From positions 32,302,001-32,366,000 of the forward strand of contig JBITNC010000001.1 in NCBI GenBank assembly GCA_050084985.1: a stretch of DNA of 64,000 bases, given 5' to 3'. The notes under the pieces were generated by a model. That model saw only the letters and a list, made by a program, of their open reading frames with translations. It had not been told where the DNA came from and ran no database searches. The first letter of the stretch is position 1. The number at the start of each line of letters is the position of its first letter. Of this stretch, positions 37,500 to 49,792 are shown one piece after another. Made by a program: the position numbers and the translations under genes. The stretch is from Nageia nagi (Eukaryota; Plantae; Pinophyta).

Positions 37500-38920
37500 A
37501 AGGAGCACATGCTCGACCCTCCCCTCCCTCATCCTCATGTTGGTTGAAGGGAGAAGGGTAAGGAGCACATGCTCCACCCCCCTCCTCCTCATCCCCATAT
37601 TGCTTAGGGTGGGGGGGAGGAGCACATGCTCCAACCCCACCCTCCTCTCCATTTTGGTTAGGTGTAGGGGAGGAGCACATGCTACACCCCTAACCTCCTC
37701 CCCATGTTGGATGAGAGGGATGGGTGTGTAAGAGCACATGCTCCACCCGCACCCTCCTCCCATGTCAATTGAGGGAGGTGGATGGGAGTACATGTTGCAC
37801 CCTTCCCCCCACCCTCTCATATGCATGTTAGTTGGGGGTCGAGGGGAGTAGCACATGCACCACCCCCACCCTCCTCTCCATGTTGGTTGGGTGCGAGATC
37901 CTCCTCCCTATGTTGGCTGGGTATGAGCACATGATCCATCATCCCCCTCTCCTCTCCATGTTGGTTGGTTGGAGGGAGAGGGGCATGGGGTTCAACACTT
38001 GGCACATTACTCAATCAGACCTTCCCTTGTATCATTCAAACCCATACAGGATTGAGGTGCAATCAGGCAAGTAGAAGTGATTGAGCATTCAAAGCTAATC
38101 CCATGGATTGAGTGGAGGAGAGGGATTGGGGGTGGGGGGTAGAAGCATGTGCTCCAGCCCACTCTCCATGTTGGTTAGGGGTGGGTAACTGGGTAGGAGC
38201 ACATGCTCCACCACCTCCCCTCTCCTCTCCATGTTAGTTAGTTGGAGGGAGAGGGGTATGGGTTTAAGCATTTGGCACCTCTCTATCAAACCCTCCACCA
38301 TCTTGATTGAACCAATAAGGGTTGAGGTGCAATCGAGCCAATGGAAGTGATTAAGTATTCGAAGCCAATCCCATAAATTGAGTGCAGAAGGTTTGGGAGC
38401 AAGAGTAGGAGCATGTGCTCCACCTCCCCCCTCTCATGTTAGCAAGAGAGAGGGTAGGAGCACATGCTCCACCCCCCCTCATGTTAGTGGGAGAGGGGGT
38501 AGGAGCACATGCTCCACCCCCCCTCCCCATGAAGTCTAAATATGTAGTAATAAGTCTAGATTTAATGGAGGTAAAAGCATGTGCTCCACCTCCCCTCCCC
38601 CTTTTCGTGTTAATTGGAGAGGGGGTAGGAGCACATGCTCCACCCTCCCTTGTGTTAGTGGTAGAAGGGGTAGGAGTACATGCTCCATGCCCCCTCTCCC
38701 AATGAAGTCTAAATGTGTTGTAATAAGTCTAAATTTAATGGAGGTAGGAGCATGTGCTCCACCCCACCCCCCTCTCGTGTTAGTGGGAGAGGGGCTAGGA
38801 GCACAAGCTCCACCCCCCTCGTGTTAGTGGGAGAAGGGGTAGGAGTACATGCTCCACTCCCCCTCCATCCCCCCCCCATGAAGTTTAAATGTGTAGTAAT
38901 AAGTCTAGATTTAATGAAAT
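37500..38920. repeat. GC-rich minisatellite built on the imperfect palindrome GGAGCACATGCTCC, with G/C tracts and higher-order units
   Basis: More than 20 copies of ggagcacatgctcc or ggagcatgtgctcc followed by accccc...catgtt(g/a)gt. A ~300-bp duplication (37920-38110 vs 38195-38385) and three copies of atgaagtctaaatgtgtagtaataagtctagatttaatg. Confidence 0.92.
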
Positions 38921-38929
38921 ATGCATTAG

Positions 38930-39512
38930 ATGTAATTATCAAGTGTAAAACCAGATTCTATAACCTTTGCCAACATTTTTTCAACATGTACAAGAGCTTT
39001 ATAATAAGGTGTGGACATCAATCAAAGAGTAGTTGAAAATAATTTTGCATCAGATGTTATGGTTGTGATTGCCTTAATAGACATGTATGCAAAATGTGGA
39101 AGCATATAGAAGGCTCCTAAATTGTTTGATAAGATGCATAATGCAAACATAGATTCATAGAATGCAATAATCATAGGATATGCATAAAATGTATTTTTTG
39201 AAAAGGCCCTAGAAAGAAAGAAATTTCATTAACGTCTGCAAGAGACCAAGAGCGATCTATGGGACGATTATAGGGAGTACATTGCATCACTCTTAGTGGG
39301 ATTTGAACATGGGACACAGATTCTGTAACCTTTACCAGTATTCTTACAACAAGCGTCAAAGCTCTATAATACAGTATGGGCATACATAAAGATTAGTTGA
39401 AAATGGTTTTGAATCAAATGTTGTGGTTATGACTATCCTGATAGACATGTATGCAAAATGTGGAAGCATAGACAAGGCTCCCGAATTGTTCGATAAGATG
39501 CATAATGCAAAC
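38930..39512 (+). pseudogene. PLS-class pentatricopeptide repeat (PPR) gene fragment
   Basis: VKPDSITFANI, ALIDMYAKCGSI*KAPKLFDKM, NAIIIGYA and LIDMYAKCGSIDKAPELFDKM, with stops and an internal insertion. Confidence 0.9.
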
Positions 39513-39720
39513 AAATTTTCAAGGAGATACAAATATTTTGTTATCCTACCCATTTAGAGTTTATGAATTTGATCTAACCATTTGAATCAGTTTTTGATGT
39601 CGAACTCTCTAGATGGATCTTAATCATTTGGTTGATAGAATAATATTTGTAGCTTATTCATTTAGAACTTAGGGTCATCTCTCTACTTTTCTCTATGCTC
39701 AATTTTTAGGCTCAAGGAAT

Positions 39721-39919
39721 AAAATTGATGAACCTCATTGTGAATGAAATCAATTTTTGAAATAGTTCACTTATGGACTAATTTCAACTAAAAATATAAT
39801 AAATCCAATTATTTGGCTAAAATTGATGAGCCTCATTGTGAATGAAATCAATTTTTGAAATAGTTCACTTATGGACTAATTTCAACTAAAAATATAATAA
39901 ATCCAATTATTTGGCTAAT
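39721..39919. repeat. Near-perfect 98-bp tandem duplication
   Basis: aaaattgatga(a/g)cctcattgtgaatgaaatc...atttggcta occurs twice. Confidence 0.92.
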
Positions 39920-42799
39920 ATTAGTTCAAATTTCAAAGTATTTCCAAATACAAAGTTTTTCTATTTTGATGTTAAAAATCAATCCTCTTAAGAATAATAT
40001 GAACTATTTGTATTGTTAATATTTGTGAAGAAATAATTGTTCAAAAGCATGTAGGCTATTTTACATGATGTAATTGTTCATATAAAATAGCTAAAATACA
40101 AAATTGTTTAAAATATATAATTTAGCTATTTTACATGATGTAATTGTTCAAAAGCAAGAAGAAAGATATAGGAGTAGGAACGATTTGCAATTTGTTTTTT
40201 TCCTCCATCAACAACAAAATAATAAAATTTTCCTATTTTATAATTTCTTTTTTGTTCATCTATAAAAATTAACTATGAGACCACTACAAATGAAAATTTG
40301 TTACTAAGATATGTTAAAATTCAAATTTTTATGCTAAAGGTAATTATGAAATACTAGTTATTTGATTTAAATAGTTCATTAATAGTTTTTTATTCATTTA
40401 ATTGATGAAATTAATAATAAATTTTCTTTTGCCAAGGTTGATATCATGTACTTCCATCGTACTTCCTTTTAGGTTGATAGTCAAATATCCTTTGTTTTAT
40501 GCTCTTGGACATGACACTAACCATTTATATTCAATTAAATGTACTTTCTTCTTAACTTTGACTTTTTATTAATTATTATTGTAGATTGTCCCTGGTTTTA
40601 CTTTCTTCTTTACTTTGAATTTTAGTAGAGCAAGAGAAAGCTAAAATTATGTTTTAAACTTTATTTATGTATATATGTAAGGAAGTAGGTAGGATGGGAT
40701 GTCTAGTGTGTACGCCTTCTCTCATGTAAAGATTTATATTTATTTTCTGCTAATAAGAAGAATATTGTTTTTTTCCAGCTTCATACTTCTATTTAAGAGG
40801 CTTTCTTTTTCAGCTTCATACTTCTATTTTGAAATTAAAGATTAGTTCAGAAATATTATTTCCAAGTTTTTTTTGTTGGTGGTGTCTTTGTAGATTTATA
40901 TTGTGCACTCTACAGGCTTTCCTTTGGCTGTTGTTTTTGTAACCCCTGATTATTCCATCATATAATTTTTATATCTCCACATTGTGATTCTCTCTTTATG
41001 ACAACGATCTGAATCAGATTGATTTCTAGAACTCAAAGGAACATTGATCATTCTGCAATTTTCAGAGTTGTCTCCTCCCAAATGAAAACATCTAGAAGTC
41101 AGGCTTCAAGAACTAGACCTCCTCCAAGGTACTCATCTAAGCCTCGTATCATTTCCCTAGAGTTCCTCGTTTACGAAGGACAGACCAACCAAGTAACTTG
41201 ACTTTTATTCCTTGGATTGTTTGTAGTCCAGTGCTTATTCAGCAATGGAGAAACATGCCAGTTCAACTTTGAAAGCATTTATCACATTTACTGGACATAG
41301 ATTAGATACATATACAGGACATTTGCAAGATGTGGTAAATATCATTGTTGTTAATAATGCCATTAAGGAAAATGTGGCACTAAGATTGCTAGAAGGCTCT
41401 TGAGAGTAAAAGCATTGGATTGGTTTTTGAAGTGTAATGCCCACTACTATTGGTAATAGTAATTAGTTCGGCTGACAACTTGTAGCTTAATTTTGCAAGA
41501 AAAGTGATATTGTCAGTGATGGAGATATCAAAAGATCCTCAATAGAGGTATTGTTTGATTTTAATATTATTTAGGCAATGCATTCCAACTGAAGTTCTAC
41601 CACCTTCAAGTATGGTTTTTCTTTATTTTTTGAAAGATTTTAATCTAGAATTTGCTAGTACAATCCAGTCCATGGGCTGTAGGAATTTGCTATATGCTTA
41701 TAATATCAAATTACTGGCCAAAATATTCTCATACTAGCTACCAAGAATAAGATAACTTCCCATCTAGCCATGCGTAGATTTCCTAAAATATTGCAACCAT
41801 CTAATTTTTATTCCACATTGATTTTCTCCCATACCTAGACTTCAACCATAACAAGACCAAAAATTGTCAATCACAGTTTCAAGTTGGAATTATGTGCATT
41901 GCTAATAACTTCATAAAGCATGCAATCTCCATTGGAAAAAGATATAAGCGATCCTAACAACTTCATTTTTCTCAACACTTAGGCCAAGGAAGATCATCAG
42001 TTTGACAGCAGGACTAATAAATTTTGGCATGATTGTTTATTGATTGAATTAGTTGGTAATTTATTAATTTATATCATTCTTGTTTATCTATCTATCCATT
42101 TAATCCAGGCTATGTTACACCTTCAAAATTATTCAAAGTTTGGTGGGTGAACTTACCACGCAAGCAAAGAACCTTTGATCAAGTTAAAAATCTTCAAGCT
42201 TGTACATTCGGAATTCAGAATTTTTGGTGTCTGCTCAGGAAAATTGGTTTAGGTTTTGAAAATTTAGAACATGTTAGTTCATCTTCTTTTAAAGCACTTT
42301 CAAGTTTTATACAGGTTCAGATACACGTCTTTGAAAAGACATGGTGATTAACAACAAAAATAGTAAATTAATCTTGTGTTTGAGTTTAGGTGATTGGCAT
42401 TGTTTTCAACTATTACATCTTCTGCTAACGAAATATTTCTTTATTCAGTTTATTGTGTTAATTTATAGCTGAGATGAAGTCCTGAGACAGAAGATTAACA
42501 AAAAAACAGCTCCAATACATACATCCATGATTAATTGAATGATGATTCTTCAAAATATCTATCTAATTTTATTTATTAAAACTATTGCATTAATAGCTAT
42601 GATCTTCAAGATGTTAGAGTTGACAACCCTTGGCATAATATCATAGGTAATACAAGAAAAAACCTCACAGATTAGATAGTATCAACCTGTATGAACGACT
42701 ATGACACAGATGGCATTTAGTTCCTTGCATAGCACAAAACAATATTAATTTTTACTAAATAGTAAATAACAACCACAAAGATGACTATATTTTGCATAC

Positions 42800-45180
42800 C
42801 TGATTTAGTGTCTCTTACATAGCAATAACTTGTGCAGCTAAGTTTTCTGGTGATTGAATATTCATAATGTTGCTTGGCTCACCATCTGAAGAACCCACTG
42901 AAGTAAAAGGAGTCCTTGAAGGTGAGGACATAGGCAATAATGCTGAATTATTTTTGTTTTATTTTTTCTCCGCTTTGTCCCTGATGGAAACGGGGACAGT
43001 GTTTGTGTTGGGGTAGATACAGGTACTTTGCAGGATATATCCCTCGTGTTTTCTTGACTTCCTTCTATACTCACATTTGGAGAGTGATATCTGTCCTCCA
43101 ATACTTCACTGTCACCGTCAAACTGAGCATCTTCCCAAGTCACATCATTACGCAAAGAACTCATTTCATTTGATGTTTTATTTCTAGAATCAGACACCTT
43201 AGAATCTACGTGAACAGATACATTTCTCACTTCCTTCTCTGAATTTCAGCCGTAATTTCAGCTGGTGTAAACATGAGCTGCGAAGGGGTTATCAAGGGTG
43301 CTTGGCCAGTGCGAGCATGGAACTCCTCACCAAGTGCAGAATTGATCATTGCACCAGAGAGACTACCTTGAACTTCCTCTTTTTCATCTGCATTTAAGTT
43401 ATAATCGCCTTTAATTGTACCAACGACCTTCAAACCAGTTTTCTAGCAAAGGTATCATAGAATTATCATGTTTCGAATTATCATGTTTCCTTTCAATTGA
43501 ATGCTCTTGAGTTATTTGCTTATCAGATGCATCTCTAACAGAACTAACAAGAGATGTATCATGTTTAAAATTCTGCATTGGGCTCTTCATTCCTGATAAT
43601 CTCCTGGAAAATCTAGGACTCAATGGAACGGGAACTTGAGAAGATAAAGGTGCATTATCGGTAGGAATAGTTGCAGACATTGAAATACTAAATGCAGTAT
43701 CCACACATGACACTGCATGTTGACCATGTGCATGAGGAGTTGAAGGGTAAACAGGGCTTCTGCATATAGACACCTTCTCAGTAACATTGATGGGCCTTGG
43801 TAACTTTATTCCAGAACTGACCATTATGTCTCCTATGTTATTACCATGAGAAGATTGTGATACAATGTCTTCTGATGATGCAAACTCTAGAGATGGTGGA
43901 AAGCATTATGACATTTCAAGGGCATACTGCTGAATGGCCTGTGTTTGAACACAATAAATCTGCATAGCCCCTTCAGCATCAGAAACATTTTCGCTTGTGG
44001 CTGTAAGGCTCAAAATGGGCATTGTTACAGAAAATTCTGCCATGTAGTCCATGCGGGTGGCTGCAGGCTTGGAACCACACTCAACATGTACAGCATAGAT
44101 TGCATTCTTCTTTGCATTTCCCAATAAAATCACACTGGCATGGGCAACAACAAAGACTTAATTGAAAAATGCATCTTCGTTTCTTGATTTGAAGGAGCTT
44201 TTGAGTTCAAGGGTTTGAATACAATTCCACTTTACAGAACTAGGAGTAAACAGACCATCTGGATTTGAAGAGACCCATAGTTTCAATTCTTGATTGAGAG
44301 GACCCTGTGTAATAAAGAAAGTTTGCCTCATATTCAGTACATTCCATAACTTGAGACATCAAAGAACAAAACTACCAAGATTCAAGCAATTTTATCCTGT
44401 AGTTAACAACAGGAATTGCCTAAATAAGTATACAAAACCATAACATCAGACAAACTATATTCCAGGTTCATACCGCAGTAAAAAGAATAATATTATCCAG
44501 CGAATATTCAAGAAATCCAACTGCACAAACAGGTCGTCCATCATGAGGCTTTAGCACTCCAAGTGGATGCATCTTGTTATCTCCCCAAATTTTCACCTAA
44601 AATATGAAGAAATTCTAGTTACAGAGAAGCTTCAAAATCGAAACAACATTCTCATCAACTGCAATAGCAATGCAATTTCACGGGCAGAGCACTTTATTTC
44701 TAAGAATGCATACTAGGAAATAATAATAATAACCTACATTCAAATGTTCAGTTACAAATTGAAAATTCGATATCAAGAAATTCTAAGTTTATAAGTTCTT
44801 AAATCATAAACTGAATTTACATAATCTATTTTAATGTCTAAATAAATACTGACATTAGTGCCAGCTTTCCCCAGTTATGGGAATAAAAATCAAAGTGCAA
44901 ATCAAAATTAACTCCAATCGCATATGATGGAATTATTATATGCATGTATACTTGATACACTCTAAAATGGTACGTAACCCTACAAAAATAGTAGAATGGT
45001 GCTTACAACAGTATTAATACCACTTAAAAACCTAAAATAAAAATCAACACCAGTGGCTAATGAGCATAAGATGAGATTCCATACCATTCCATCTTTGGAA
45101 GCTGAAGCTAAACAATTTATGCTCCGATCAAATATAGACAGATCAGTGACATCATCTTCATGTTTGCCAATCATGGCATT
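42800..45180 (-). pseudogene. VCS: VARICOSE/EDC4 (enhancer of mRNA decapping 4) gene fragment, 3 exons (~45180-45085, 44596-44474, 44304-42800)
   Basis: IGKHEDDVTDLS...LASASKDGM | VKIW...PHDGRPV...TA | GPLNQELKLW...QTLEL...NAKKNAIYAVH...RMDYMAEFSVTMPILS...YCVQTQAIQQYAL...LITPSQL...AM*ETLNQ|gt. Introns are canonical GT-AG. Premature stops and frameshifts are present, and flanking exons are absent. Confidence 0.92.
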
Positions 45181-45399
45181 GATTGATGAGTAAGTATGTA
45201 AGTATATAAGTACGTGTGGTTATGAATCTTTGCTCAAATACATGCATATCTCATCAAAAGATGATCAGTTCCAGAGATTGTCAAGAGCTCCAAAGTTAGT
45301 TTTATTATTTATGGCTCCAGAGACTTTTAAGATGACGCGATTGGCAAATCAGCACTAGACTCTACAAACGTGGCCACTCTTTTCCATACAGGTGCCATG

Positions 45400-46150
45400 A
45401 TAGAAATAATGGTTAGTGTTGAATATTTGTTACAAGAGGCAATGATCACGTCGAGTTGAGCTCACATTGCACACATGGTGTAATTAGAGGTCCGTGCATA
45501 TTCAAAGAAGGACGTATCTTGTGGAGTTGACAATGCGTAGGTGCTATGTCATATACTCAGCATACTTGTAGTTGAAAAATAGCCCACGTGGAAAACAAAG
45601 ATGGTTTGTGCACATATCGAAGAGAGATCATGGACTGTGGTGTGTGTATCTTGAGAGAAGGTAATTTCGAACAGTTGAAAGTCCTGCAGATTGTTTGAGA
45701 AGGTGCCTCACCAAAGTATTGCCACATGGACTATTGTGAGCATCCTAATTACATGTATACAAAGTCTGAGAATACACAGAGAAATATATGAACTGTTTGA
45801 CATAATGCAATATTAAATTGCAATTCCATGGACTAAAATGGCAGCGGGGGCAGTATTCCAAGAATGAGAATATTGGTGAAAAATGGATAAATTAGCATGA
45901 TGCCTGGAATCAAGGTGACAAAAAGGCACATGCTTTTCTTGTAAGAGACAAAGTGCACCCACAGATACAAGAAGATCTATAGAAAATTTAGGAAATTATC
46001 AAGAGAAATGAAGGGAAAGCTAAAATCTGCAAATCATGTGCTAGCATTCTTCCGGAGCACATGATATTGATGAAGCTCGCTCATCTTGGAAAGGACACAA
46101 TCTGTTTGACAGAATACCTCATCGTAATGACAAGCAATGCATTTCATTAT
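45400..46150 (+). pseudogene. Highly decayed PPR fragments including an E+ domain-like piece
   Basis: KKAHAFLVRDKVHPQIQE...KLSREMK (~45920-46013) and LFDRIPHR (~46102). Confidence 0.6.
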
Positions 46151-46309
46151 ATGGAAGGAAAGAAAGGTAATATGGGCAATCATCCCTACCATTTAATTAT
46201 TTCATTTTAGTTGCAGAGATTGAGTGTATTAAAAAAAAGGAAACCTGTTTACTAACCACAATCCAACTACAGTGATGATGATCTGTCTCCCACAAAAAAA
46301 GTATAAAAC

Positions 46310-47765
46310 TGTTTACTAACCACAATCCAACTGCATCCAGGTAATTTTTGGATGCCTTTATCTTTCATCATTTTTTGTACATTTTCAATTTGATACCACC
46401 TAGCAGATAGCATAAATTTTTGAGAGAAGCACATAAGGTACATAATTTTGGGGGTCTAAATCTAAAAATTTTTCTGCTACAAATTCTGCTAATTCTAGAT
46501 TGTTATGAATTCTACAGACAGCACCTAGCAAACAAGTCCATGAATTCATACTATTTTTCCATTGATGGACAGTGCAAAATCTGGATCAACCTATAAAGAA
46601 AAAATACATAGAATTTGGGCCCCTATGGCCAATGCAAAGATATCCACAAGATAATAGAATGAATCAAAACAAAATGACTGCACAAAATGATAAAGAAAAG
46701 AGAAAAGTAAAATTAAGAGTTGCTCTGCTCTCTTCACACTTGCAAGGCCATCTCAAATATTTATTGTTCATTGAGTGTTTTCTATTTCCTTCAAGATATA
46801 AATATCACAACCATTTTAATTCAACGAAAAACCACTTTTCATCTACTCTTTCATGGATATCCATACCTTTTTCTGTAGCTCCTATGGTGGCACATTCTGG
46901 AAGAATGCTTGCAAATGTTGCAGAGTTTGGCTGTGCTCCTGATAATTGCATTTGCCTAAAAGTCTCTAGGACCTTCTCAGAAAATCCATTTTGTGCATAT
47001 TTTGCGATCATTGTAGTATGTCAAACAATTCTCGGGCCTTGCGTATTCTTCCACATTATACATAGATGTCTATTAGGGAATTCACAACCACAAGATTGGC
47101 TTTACATCTAACAATTGCATATGTTTAAAGTCTCTAGAGCCTTTTCAGAAAATCCATTTTGTGCATATCCTGTAATCATTTCAGTCCATGGTCTCCATCG
47201 TCCATCTTGTCAAATAATTCCGGGACCTTCTGTATTCTTTCACATTTTGCATGCGTGTGTATCAGGACATTCATAACCATAATATTCGATAAAAAACCAT
47301 TTTCAACTACTCTTGATGGATGTCCATACCTTCTTCTAGATCTTCCATGGTGGCACATGTTGGTAGAATGCTGGTAAAGGTTACAGAATTTGGCTTTACA
47401 TTTGACAATTGCATCTGGTTAGAATTCTCTAGGGACTTTTCAGGATATCCATTTTGTGCATATTATGCAATCATTGCAATGCACGAGACTCCATTTCGAT
47501 GAGGCATTTTGTCAAGCACTTCACGTTCCTTCTCTACGCTTCCACACTTTGCATACATGTCTACCAGGTAACTCACAACTCCACTGATAAAAATCCATTT
47601 TTAAAGAGTTTTTGATGTATGGATAAACCCTGTTGCAAATTCCCCACTTTGGTGCATGATTTGAGGACGCTGGGAAAGGTGATTTCATCTGGTTGTACTG
47701 TCACTGGTATTTGTTGCATTTGGTAAAAGATTGTCAATGCGTGTCGAGAAAAGCCATCTCAGAAA
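46310..47765 (-). pseudogene. PLS-E class PPR gene remnant
   Basis: LVDMYAKCGSVEKERE, MIAKYAQNGFSEKVLETFRQMQLSGAQPNSATFASILPEC, and E-domain MKDKGIQKLPGCSWI (46370-46322). Frameshifts and deletions are present. Confidence 0.9.
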
Positions 47766-48221
47766 CCAAACCATGAACAACATACCATCGGAGATCCGTA
47801 TGCATCACGGTATGAAATGAAAGGGAAGTATGCATGATTCTTAAACATTGATTGCATATATATTATGACATTATAAATTTAAATGAGAATAATTGTAAGG
47901 AGAATGCTTAAAAAAGAAAGAAGATTTCAAGTGTGTATATATATATATATATATATTCATTCTATGTTCATCATTATGTAATTAATTTATTCTTGTGATT
48001 TAACATTGATTTTAAAAAGAAATAATTTGTTATTAAAAAAAATTTCAAAGTAACTTAAAGAAGAGTAAGTTTAGAGAATAAGGTGTCAAGATAATGTTCA
48101 CCAAGCACCATCCTTGATGACATGGTTTGATCATTCAATAAGAAGCAAATGAAATAAGTTAGTGACACGATGAGGAATGTATAAATAAATTTACTAGGTT
48201 AGAAATATAGTGTGCCAAGTT

Positions 48222-48422
48222 AGGCCCCAAGCGAATGGTCAAAGGGTGAACTCGTCAGCCTTTCGAAGGTGGAGTGTTATGTTTGAGTCTTCCTGGGGGT
48301 CGATCAAGTGTTGACAATGGGCGATCAGGTCCGAGTGTGCTTGGCAGGAGTCAACCCTCAAACTTGTCTCCAACTAACCCAAAGAACTTACCACTATATT
48401 AAACAATCAAAAAAAAAAAAGA
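48222..48422 (+). mobile_element. tRNA-derived SINE (~200 bp)
   Basis: Perfect 15-bp TSD atagtgtgccaagtt (48207-48221 and 48423-48437), A12 tail, box A-like aatggtcaaagg, box B-like gtttgagtc, and acceptor-stem-like ggcccc/ggggtc. Confidence 0.9.
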
Positions 48423-49599
48423 ATAGTGTGCCAAGTTTGGAGGTTCAAATTGTTAGGGCCATGATGAAATTATAAGGATTGCAAGGTTTTACCTCCTCCA
48501 TTTCACCATGATAGGAGCTCCATGCATAAAGGAAAAAGGGGCATAAATGTCAATTCGAAGAAGAAGAAAGATAGAAAAAAAGAGAAAAGGATTTTTGTGA
48601 CCAAGGAGGAAGAATACAACTATTAGAGAATTATGAATTTGAGAGGTAATTGTTTACTTATGTTTGATGTATGCATGATTAATAATGTCTCTTGAATTAT
48701 ATTTGAAGTAAGATGCATAACATCATGTGCATGTTGTATGGGAAGCATGCTATGATGGAGTGTAAACTGACGTGTTCACGATCATACAATCTTCTCACTT
48801 ATTCATAAAAGTGATTTAAATATCACAGCCACACAACTTTGTGAACATTCCATCATCCTTTTTATCACCTCTTTATTGCTTAGTCTTCACGAAAGCATAA
48901 TTTTTTGGATGCAATATTATGGGTAGTGCACAAGATTATTTCTACGATGAGATATGCAGACTTGACATGTCTCGCATATAGAATTTCATACAAAATGCCT
49001 TTTACTCATTTAGTGTTGGGTTTGGGAGGGATGGAAAAAATGCCTCTTGCTCCTTTACACAAATCTCTAAGTTTTCATAGAGAGGTTATTATGATGCAAG
49101 TCTGATAGTAAATCAATAATCTTCCCTCCAGATCTTCTCATCGTTATCTACTTGCATGCAATCATCTAGGTCTATTAGATGAGGGCTTTATATACTTTAA
49201 TAATATGAGTGATTCTTGTTGCATTATTCATAGGATGAATTATTATACATGCATTGCTAGCCTTATTGGTCATGCCCTTAAAAGCATAAAAATCAATTTT
49301 AGAAACCTGATTGACTACTTTTTAATCTATTTTATTCGATTTAAATGTATAACTTATTCTAGCTTTGTCTATATTATACATATCCATAAGAATTTCCAAC
49401 ACTTGAAATAAGTTTCTATGAGTAGTATTAATTTGACTAACTTGTTTCCCTCCTTGTTGGATGTTATAATTATTTTATTTTGTATTTTATAACCATTCTA
49501 TTATTTTCTCGTTTAAGGTATTTGAGCAACCCCTATTAGTTACATACATACTTGGGATATTGACTAGTTATTTTACTTATGATCACTATTCATTTATAG

Positions 49600-49792
49600 T
49601 GCAAGGTTAGGGTTAGGGTGTAGGGTTAAGGTTATAGTGCAAGGTTAGGGTTAAGGTGTTACAAGTTAGGTTGTGGGTTTAGGGTTGGGGTGTGTGGTGT
49701 GGGTTAGGGTAAAGCAGTTAGGTTTATGATGCAAGGTTAGGGTTAGGGCATGTGGGTTAGGGTGAAGGGGTTAGGGTTGGGGTGTGTGGTGT
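49600..49792 (+). repeat. Degenerate telomere-like (TTAGGG) repeat tract
   Basis: Multiple ggttagggttaggg units interspersed with gtgtgtggt and gcaaggtt. Confidence 0.8.

Noticed and set aside
37500-38920. CRISPR-like array of palindromic repeats, and several 60-120 aa ORFs
   Set aside because: The spacers are homologous to each other, the context is eukaryotic and there are no cas genes. The ORFs are low-complexity products of the GC-rich satellite.
46572-47111. 179-aa plus-strand ORF (longest in the track)
   Set aside because: It is the antisense shadow of the minus-strand PPR remnant.
49600-49792. True telomere or chromosome-fusion scar
   Set aside because: The tract is short, degenerate, in one orientation and interleaved with other motifs. 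It is more simply a TE-internal repeat.
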